Shown here: in pieces, positions 32,257 to 38,295 of the stretch
Layout: the number at the start of each line of letters is the position of its first letter
How positions within the stretch are numbered: the stretch's first letter is position 1
NCBI GenBank assembly: GCA_036000945.1
Contig: DASYUS010000083.1
Span: 1 to 38,295 of the forward strand
Origin: Stellaceae bacterium
GTDB taxonomy: Bacteria > Pseudomonadota > Alphaproteobacteria > ATCC43930 > CGMCC-115725
Length of the DNA: 38,295 nucleotides
Direction: 5' to 3'
Notes under the pieces: generated by a model
Told to the model about the DNA's origin: nothing
The model's input: only the letters and a program-made list of their open reading frames with translations
Database searches by the model: none
Translations under genes and position numbers: made by a program

Positions 32257-33462
32257 CTACCCGCCGGCCGCTTCGGCAATCCCCGCCGCCAGGGCGAGCG
32301 CGGCGGGGTCGTGGGCGTAGAGCCAGCGCAGCGCGTCGGGCGCGCGGTCGCCGACGCGGGCCCACTCGGCGTCGCGCGCCCGTTGCGCCGGGCCGTCCGG
32401 CATGTGGAAGCGAATCTTGTTGGCGCGCGACATTTCCTGCAGCCGGGTGACCCGCGGCAAGCGCAGCCGTTCGTAACGCAGCAGCGCGGCGGCCGGATCG
32501 TCCGACCCGGCGGCAAGAGCGGCGGCGAGCGCCGCCCCGTCCTCGATCGCCTGCGCCGCGCCCTGCCCCATGAACGGGTACATCGGGTGGCAGGAATCGC
32601 CGAGCAGCGTCGTGCGGCCCTGCGACCAGCGCGGCAGCGGGTCGCGGTCGAACAAGGCCCAGATGAAGCAGGTGTCGGCGGCGGCGATGATCCGGCGGAT
32701 CTGTGGGTGCCAGCCCTCGAACGCGGCGAGCGCGCGCTCGATTGTCGCGCGGTCGGTCCAGTCCTCGCGGTTCCAGGTGTCGTGCTCGGTCCAGCCGACG
32801 AAATTGAGCAGTCGCCCGCGCGACACGAAATAATGCACGAAATGGCCACCCGGCCCGACCCACGACTGGTTGCCGAGTTCGAGGCCGAGATCGGCGATCC
32901 GCTCGACCGGCACCAGCCCGCGATAGGCGACGCAGCCGGCAAAGCGCGGCTCCTCCGCGCCGAAGAGCGCAGCGCGCACCGCCGAGTGGATGCCGTCGGC
33001 GCCGACCAGCACGTCGGCCGTGATGCGCCGGCCGTTGTCGAACCATGCCTCGGTCGCCGCGCCTCGGTCGGCAAGGCCGACGAGGCGGTGACCGAGATGG
33101 ACGCGCTCGGCCGGGAAGCCGGCGGCGATCACTGCGAGCAGGTCGGCGCGATGGATCGTCATGTGCGGCGCACCGTAGAGCTGTTCGCATCGCGGGTTGA
33201 GCGCCGCCTTCTGCAGCGTGCGCCCATCCTGCCAGCGCCGCTGATGGGTGCCGATGGGGCGGATGCCGACGCGGTCGAGCCCCGGGCCGAGGCCGAGCTT
33301 CTGCAGCACCCGCACCGCATTCGGCCCCATGTTGATGCCGCCGCCGATTTCGGTCAGCTCCGGGGCCTGCTCGTAGACATCGACCGCAAACCCGGCCTGC
33401 CGCAATGCCACGGCGGCGCTGAGGCCGCCGATGCCGCCGCCGATGACGGCGATCTTGAGCAT
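32257..33462 (-). CDS. FAD-dependent aromatic-ring monooxygenase (salicylate / 3-hydroxybenzoate hydroxylase-like)
   Basis: IAVIGGGIGGLSAA (GxGxxG), GADGIHSAVR and LLGDSCHPMYPFMGQGAAQAIEDG are the family motifs. Confidence 0.85.
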   Translation of the reverse strand: MLKIAVIGGGIGGLSAAVALRQAGFAVDVYEQAPELTEIGGGINMGPNAVRVLQKLGLGPGLDRVGIRPIGTHQRRWQDGRTLQKAALNPRCEQLYGAPHMTIHRADLLAVIAAGFPAERVHLGHRLVGLADRGAATEAWFDNGRRITADVLVGADGIHSAVRAALFGAEEPRFAGCVAYRGLVPVERIADLGLELGNQSWVGPGGHFVHYFVSRGRLLNFVGWTEHDTWNREDWTDRATIERALAAFEGWHPQIRRIIAAADTCFIWALFDRDPLPRWSQGRTTLLGDSCHPMYPFMGQGAAQAIEDGAALAAALAAGSDDPAAALLRYERLRLPRVTRLQEMSRANKIRFHMPDGPAQRARDAEWARVGDRAPDALRWLYAHDPAALALAAGIAEAAGG

Positions 33463-33465
33463 CGC

Positions 33466-34089
33466 TCAGGCGGACCAGGCGAACGGCGCGAAATGCCCGT
33501 TATTGCCTTGGCCCCTAAGGTCGAGATCGACGCCGAAGGCATGCACGCGGGCCACCTTGGCGCGGGCGAGCGCCAAGCGGCGGCTCGCCGGGTGGCCGGT
33601 GTTGTCGAGGTAATACGGCTCGCCGCTGCGGTTGCGCGACAGGACGCCGTCGATCTCGAACGACAAGAGCCCGGGGATCTCGGTGCGGCGGGTGAATCCG
33701 TCGATCGTGAACTCGATCGGCTTGTACTCGACACCGCGGAAATCGGCGACCAGATGTGTTCGGATCAGCCCCGGCGGGCCGCCGGCCTCGCCGCCGACGA
33801 TCGCGGCGAGTTCCTGGCGCTGGGGGCCGTCGGCCCCGGCGTCGACGACGACGCCGAAAATCCAGTTGCCGTCGGCCATTACCCGGCCGGAGCGGATGAC
33901 CAACGCGAATCTGAGGCCGTCGAGACGGATCGCACCGGAGCGGCCCTCGTCGATGCGGAACACCATCGCGGCGATGCAGTTGTCGTGCGTCGCCGGGCCT
34001 TGTGGGTTGGTGTAGATGCACGGGCACAGATAGTCGCAATTGCAGCTTTCCATATACTCGCCGCTCAGCGACCAGTTCGGTTCGGCCAT
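33466..34089 (-). CDS. DUF1326-family protein (Cys-rich N-terminus)
   Basis: W.LSGEYMESCNCDYLCPC at the N-terminus is characteristic of DUF1326. Start cat is at 34087-34089. The stop lies 3 nt upstream of the monooxygenase start. Confidence 0.7.
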   Translation of the reverse strand: MAEPNWSLSGEYMESCNCDYLCPCIYTNPQGPATHDNCIAAMVFRIDEGRSGAIRLDGLRFALVIRSGRVMADGNWIFGVVVDAGADGPQRQELAAIVGGEAGGPPGLIRTHLVADFRGVEYKPIEFTIDGFTRRTEIPGLLSFEIDGVLSRNRSGEPYYLDNTGHPASRRLALARAKVARVHAFGVDLDLRGQGNNGHFAPFAWSA

Positions 34090-34381
34090 GGCGTGATCCT
34101 CCGGCAAGGCGCCCCGCCGCCGCCGGCCGGGCGCTGGCGCAAGGCTAATCGAGGACCGCGCACCGGCGCAATCGTCGGCGCACAACAACCCTCGCTGCCC
34201 GTCGGTTCTTCCGGCCGATGCAGCCCTTCCCCACGCAGGGCCGTCCTGATATAGTCTTAAGTATAAGAGATTTGCCGCTTCCGCCCTCGCCGACAAGGAC
34301 AACGGAAAACGGCCGCAAGCGCCGTAACGCTGGCGGTCGGGCACGAAGCGGCCAAACGACGAACATAACGGGAGGGGACCC

Positions 34382-35767
34382 ATGCCTAGCGACGCGACGA
34401 TCGGTCTACCCTGGTACCGCCTGCTCAACCGCGAGCAGTGGCGCGTGCTGGTCGCCTCGAACCTCGGCTGGCTGTTCGACGGTTTCGAGATCTACGCGAT
34501 CTTTCTGACCGTCGGCTTTGCCCTGCATCAGCTGCTCGAACCGTCGCAATACACCGCCATTCCGCAATATGCCGGGTACATCCTGGCCGGCACCGTGGCC
34601 GGCTGGGCGACCGGCGGCGTCCTCGGCGGCATCATCGCCGACTACATCGGCCGCAAGCGCACGATGATGCTGGCGATCCTCGCCTATTCCTTGACCACCG
34701 GGCTCAGCGCCTTCGCCTGGAACTGGGAGTCGTTCCTCATCTTGCGTTTCCTCGTCGGCGTCGGGATCGGTTCGGAGTGGGCGACCGGCGCCTCGCTGGT
34801 TTCCGAAATGTGGCCCGATCATGCGCGCGGCAAGGGCGGCGGCCTGTTGCAGATGGGCGCCGGGATCGGCAGCGTCATCGCCTCCTTGGTCTGGCTCGGC
34901 ATCGGCGATTGGGGCCCCGACGCCTGGCGCTATCTCTATCTGATCGGCGTGCTGCCGGCGCTCTTGGTGTTGTGGATCCGCCGCACCATTCCGGAATCGC
35001 CGCGCTGGGAGGAGGCCAACGAGCGCCGACGCTTCGCCCATGCGCAGCGCCAGAGCGGTGCCGTATTGGAGGGTGTCGACGCCGCGCTGACCCGGGCCAC
35101 GATGGTCGACTTGTTCACCGACCGATCGGTCCGCTGGCGGCTGATCGGCGCGTTTCTGATGATGCTGTCGGTGACCTTCGCGTTCTGGGGGGTGGCGACG
35201 TTCATTCCGACCTTTGTCGGCGGCTTTGCTAAAGCGGCTGGCTACTCCGCCCCGACCCTGGCGGCCTGGGCCGGTCTGTTGTCGGCCGGGGCCGGGGTCT
35301 TCGGGTTTGTCACGCTCGGCTTCTTCGCCGACCGGTTCGGCCGCAAGGCGGCGGTGATGCTGTTCTACCTGGCATCCCTGGTGCTGACGCCGGTGGTCTA
35401 CCTCTGGGCGCCGAACCTGACCGTGCTCCTGGTGTGCGTCGCCGTCTTCGGCTTCTTCTCGATCGGCATCTGGGCCTGGGCGCCGATCTGGCTGCCGGAA
35501 TTGTTCCCGACCCGGATGCGCGGCACCGCGATCGCTTTCTGCTTCAACGGGCCGCGGTTCATCTCCTGGATCGGCCCGCTGGTCGCCGGGACGCTGATCG
35601 TCAATCTCGGCGGTTTCGGCCCGGCGGCGACGATCATCGGCCTGCTCTTCCTGTTGGGGCCGATCGTCGCGATCTTCATGCCCGAGACCAACGGCCAGCC
35701 GCTGCCGCATGCGCTATGGAATGAGACCCCTGGGGCCTCGCCAAGCCCCGCGCCCGGCTCCGATTAG
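34382..35767 (+). CDS. MFS transporter
   Basis: 461 aa with about 12 hydrophobic segments. Motif A-like ADYIGRKRTMM lies between TM2 and TM3, and a second copy DRFGRKAAVM lies in the C-terminal half. Confidence 0.85.
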   Translation: MPSDATIGLPWYRLLNREQWRVLVASNLGWLFDGFEIYAIFLTVGFALHQLLEPSQYTAIPQYAGYILAGTVAGWATGGVLGGIIADYIGRKRTMMLAILAYSLTTGLSAFAWNWESFLILRFLVGVGIGSEWATGASLVSEMWPDHARGKGGGLLQMGAGIGSVIASLVWLGIGDWGPDAWRYLYLIGVLPALLVLWIRRTIPESPRWEEANERRRFAHAQRQSGAVLEGVDAALTRATMVDLFTDRSVRWRLIGAFLMMLSVTFAFWGVATFIPTFVGGFAKAAGYSAPTLAAWAGLLSAGAGVFGFVTLGFFADRFGRKAAVMLFYLASLVLTPVVYLWAPNLTVLLVCVAVFGFFSIGIWAWAPIWLPELFPTRMRGTAIAFCFNGPRFISWIGPLVAGTLIVNLGGFGPAATIIGLLFLLGPIVAIFMPETNGQPLPHALWNETPGASPSPAPGSD

Positions 35768-36942
35768 CGGCTGAGCGCCTGGACGATCCGCGCGCCGGCC
35801 GCCGCGATCCGGGCGATTGCGGCGGTGTCCACCGAATGCGGCCAGCGGTCCTGCGGCAGGTGAAAGAGCGGGTTGCTGCCATTCAGCGCCAAGCAGTGAC
35901 CGCCGCTGCGCTGAATGTCGCGGGTCTCGCCGCTCGGCACAAAATCCTTTGGCGCAAGGTCGTGCGGCTGGGCGTCCCGCGTCAGCTCGCTGGCGGCGAG
36001 CCGGCGCAGATCGTCGTGCGGCGAGACAGCGGCGAGGGTGCCGCCGGCAGCGCCGATATTGGCACCGTAGAGAATCCAGGTCGCGCCGGCCTCAGTCAGC
36101 GGACGGTCCCAGCCGGGGCGGCGAGCGATGAAGTCGTCGAGCCCGAGATGCCCCAGCTCATGTCCGCAATTGGCGGTGAAGACGACCGGGCGCGACGGCG
36201 GCGCCGCGACGAGCGCGCGCAGGCTTTCGAGCCAGCAGACGATGCCGCCGCCGCGCTCGGAGGTCGATTGCCACCACGAACTGCGCGGCGTTATCACGAC
36301 GAGCGGCGGGCGGCCGGTATCGCCGGGGAAAGCAGCGACGACATTGCGGCCGGTCGACGGCGTGCGGCGGCTGTCGGCGACCAAGCGTGCCGGCATGCCG
36401 CTCGCCATCGCCGCCATCACCCGGTCGCGCGCCTCGCTTGAAACGTGGATCGCCGGCGCGCCGTAGGGCCGGCGAAAGTTCTCGGCGTTGATGAGGCCGA
36501 GGCCGGGGTTGTCGCCGGCGCATACGACAACAAAGCCGCGATGGCCGGGGGTTCGGCGCAGCCGCTCGAACTTGCCGCTGTAGACCGCGCGCGCCGTCAA
36601 CTCGGCGACGACGATGTCGCCGCCACCGACCGGCCCGAGCCGCCCCACGACACCCTGCGCATCGCTTGCCGGCGCATCGAATACCGGCACGCCGTTGATC
36701 CGCTCGCCGCCGATCTCGAGATAGGCGGCAACCGGATCGAGCCGGTCGAGCGCAACGTCCTCGATCGTGACGGCGGCACCGAGCGCCCGCGCCTCGGCCG
36801 CTAGCCATCGGGCTCCGGCCTCGTCGCCCGCCGTCGCGGTGCGGTGGATGCCCTGCCCGTCCCACGCCGCGAGCCAGTCCGCCGCGCGCGCCTCAGCGTC
36901 GTTGAAGAATGAGGTTGCGTCGTTTGCCATGACGCGCAGCAT
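35764..36942 (-). CDS. Hypothetical protein with a degenerate M28-peptidase-like scaffold; contains HELGH
   Basis: 392 aa. NVVAAFPG...PLVVITPRSSW...GGGIVCWLESLRAL...VVFTANCGHELGHLGLDDF resembles the M28 core order with altered metal ligands. The start may instead be Met5 at 36930. Confidence 0.55.
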   Translation of the reverse strand: MLRVMANDATSFFNDAEARAADWLAAWDGQGIHRTATAGDEAGARWLAAEARALGAAVTIEDVALDRLDPVAAYLEIGGERINGVPVFDAPASDAQGVVGRLGPVGGGDIVVAELTARAVYSGKFERLRRTPGHRGFVVVCAGDNPGLGLINAENFRRPYGAPAIHVSSEARDRVMAAMASGMPARLVADSRRTPSTGRNVVAAFPGDTGRPPLVVITPRSSWWQSTSERGGGIVCWLESLRALVAAPPSRPVVFTANCGHELGHLGLDDFIARRPGWDRPLTEAGATWILYGANIGAAGGTLAAVSPHDDLRRLAASELTRDAQPHDLAPKDFVPSGETRDIQRSGGHCLALNGSNPLFHLPQDRWPHSVDTAAIARIAAAGARIVQALSR

Positions 36943-36973
36943 AGCCGGACCGAGGACCCGAAGGGAGGGAGAT

Positions 36974-37372
36974 ATGGCAGAGGCATTGCAGCGAAGCTAC
37001 CTGAAGCGCGAGGCGGCGCAGGCGCGCGGCTATTCGCAGGCGGTCGTGACCGAAGGCGGGCGCACGATCTGGCTCGCCGGGCAGGTGGCGGGCGAAGATT
37101 CCACGGGCCGTTCGCTCGCCGCCGATTTCGACGGCCAGGTCCGTGAGGTGTTCGCCCGGCTCGGCCGCACCCTCGAAGAGGCCGGCGCGAAGCTCGCCGA
37201 CATGGTGACGATGACGGTCTTTATCGCCGACGCGCGGCTCGGCGACCGCTTCACCCAATTGCGCCGCGAGATCTTCGGCGACAACTACCCGGCGAGCGCA
37301 CTGATCACCGTCGCCGGCCTGGCGCGGCCCGAGCTCTTGGTCGAGGTGCAGGGAGTGGCGGTAGCCGGTTGA
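36974..37372 (+). CDS. RidA/YjgF/UK114-family protein
   Basis: GYSQAVVTEGGRTIWLAGQVA, DMVTMTVFI and PASALITVAGLARPELLVEVQ are present. RBS GGGAGGGA lies upstream. Confidence 0.82.
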   Translation: MAEALQRSYLKREAAQARGYSQAVVTEGGRTIWLAGQVAGEDSTGRSLAADFDGQVREVFARLGRTLEEAGAKLADMVTMTVFIADARLGDRFTQLRREIFGDNYPASALITVAGLARPELLVEVQGVAVAG

Positions 37373-37391
37373 GCCACCGCGGTCATCCGTG

Positions 37392-37463
37392 GGATGGGCT
37401 GAGCAAACGCGAAGCCCATCAGCGGCGGCCGGCACGATGGGCTTCGCTATGCTCAACCCATCC
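37392..37463. repeat. Nested long hairpin / bidirectional terminator candidate between convergent ridA-like gene and mutY
   Basis: The inner perfect 12-bp stem pairs GCGAAGCCCATC (37409-37420) with GATGGGCTTCGC (37436-37447). The outer 14-bp stem pairs GGATGGGCTGAGCA (37392-37405) with TGCTCAACCCATCC (37450-37463) with one mismatch. Confidence 0.65.
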
Positions 37464-38295
37464 TACAGTTTAGGAAGCGCCGACAGGGCATGACTGACCA
37501 CTTTCTTGGTCAGCGTCGGCAGCGCGTAGTCCTTGAATTCGCCGGGCCTGGCCCAGATGCCGTCGACCGACTCGCTGGTGGTCCCGGCCAAGAGCGCGAG
37601 TTCGAGGCGGAAATGGGTGAAGCCATGCGCCACGCTGCCCGGCAACGCGGTCCACGCTGTTGCGGCGGGGGCTGTCGCGATCGCCTCCGATTCGCTCCAC
37701 GGCGCGCCGCGCCACGGCGTCGACGGCAGTTCGATCATGCCGCCGAGCAGCCCCTTCTCGGGCCGCCGCCGCAGCAGCACCGCCCCGTCAGTACGGCGCA
37801 GCCAGAATGCGACGCCGTAGCGCAGCGGCCGCTCCGGCCTCTCTGCCTGGGCCGGAAGGTTCTCGGCGATGCCCTGCGCGGCGGCTGCGCAATGCTCCCG
37901 CCACGGGCAGAGGACGCAGCGCGGCCGGCGCGGGGTGCAGAGGATTGCGCCGAGATCCATCATCGCCTGGGCGAAATCGCCGGCACGCGCCTGGGGCACC
38001 AGTGACGCGGCGAGCGCCCGAAGCCGCGGCTTGGCGGCGGGGAGCGGGGCGCGCTCGGCAAAGATCCGCGCCACCACGCGCTCGACGTTGCCGTCGACCG
38101 CCGCCACCGGCCGGTCGAAGGCAATCGCGGCGATCGCCGCCGCGGTGTAGTCGCCGATCCCGGGCAGCGCGCGCAGCGCCGCCGGATCGTCCGGAAAACG
38201 CCCGCCATGGCGCGCGACGACGGCACGGGCGCAGGCATGCAGGTTGCGGGCGCGGGCGTAATAGCCGAGCCCCTGCCACAGATGCAGCACCTCGT
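37463..38295 (-). CDS. mutY: A/G-specific adenine DNA glycosylase, C-terminal ~277 aa; the 5' end lies outside the window
   Basis: WQGLGYYARARNLH and LPGIGDYTAAAIAAIAF (HhH-GPD) are present. The Fe-S loop reads CTPRRPRCVLCPWREHC. A C-terminal NUDIX-like domain follows. The frame is open to the window end. Confidence 0.9.
   Translation of the reverse strand, partial: EVLHLWQGLGYYARARNLHACARAVVARHGGRFPDDPAALRALPGIGDYTAAAIAAIAFDRPVAAVDGNVERVVARIFAERAPLPAAKPRLRALAASLVPQARAGDFAQAMMDLGAILCTPRRPRCVLCPWREHCAAAAQGIAENLPAQAERPERPLRYGVAFWLRRTDGAVLLRRRPEKGLLGGMIELPSTPWRGAPWSESEAIATAPAATAWTALPGSVAHGFTHFRLELALLAGTTSESVDGIWARPGEFKDYALPTLTKKVVSHALSALPKL

Noticed and set aside
34090-34381. 292-nt leader upstream of the MFS gene as a riboswitch or sRNA
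   Set aside because: It contains an AT-rich patch (GATATAGTCTTAAGTATAAGAG) that looks like a divergent promoter region. I recognise no conserved riboswitch core or stable terminator/antiterminator pair.
1-38295. Defence system, toxin-antitoxin, prophage, secretion system or biosynthetic gene cluster (NRPS/PKS/RiPP)
   Set aside because: None of the supported proteins carries nuclease, helicase/ATPase-defence, phage structural, integrase, secretion-apparatus or NRPS/PKS hallmarks. The small unexplained ORFs are shadow frames, apart from 31504..31842.

Overview
This is a 38.3-kb high-GC bacterial chromosomal segment with strong GC3 bias in the real reading frames. GC-rich REP-type hairpins in many intergenic gaps give it an alphaproteobacterial (Rhizobiales-like) look. 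I can support 37 protein-coding genes. I found no rRNA, tRNA, transposase, integrase, CRISPR array, or recognisable defence or toxin-antitoxin gene. Layout: (i) 1-15.4 kb holds mixed catabolic and scavenging genes. These are an asparaginase fragment, an orphan LivH-type permease, a valine-catabolism pair split by a cytoplasmic sulfatase, a MarR regulator, a DUF442 CX5R protein, a REP-bracketed D-aminoacylase, a TauD-family dioxygenase, a tightly coupled VOC/acyl-CoA ligase/MDR reductase/thioesterase cassette, a PfkB kinase and a haloacid dehalogenase. (ii) 15.5-30.9 kb is a single-strand 14-gene glycan locus. It encodes a wHTH regulator, WbpB::WbpD-like fusion, WbpE-like aminotransferase, three extended SDRs plus a uronate 4-epimerase-like SDR, WecB/WbpI-like 2-epimerase, AsnB-type amidotransferase, Wzm/Wzt exporter, SGNH hydrolase, methyltransferase and two CgeB-like paralogues. 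(iii) 30.9-38.3 kb holds VOC proteins, a DUF1326 plus FAD-monooxygenase operon, an MFS transporter, an M28-like protein, RidA and the 3' part of mutY. The most novel-looking content is the glycan locus. It predicts a 2,3-diacetamido-2,3-dideoxy-hexuronic acid or uronamide polymer but has no canonical glycosyltransferase, primer or ligase. Its only transferase candidates are two divergent, poorly characterised CgeB-like paralogues, and it sits behind a tandem palindromic operator. I see no compelling evidence for a wholly new system class such as a defence system. All family calls are by-eye motif recognition and no database search was run.
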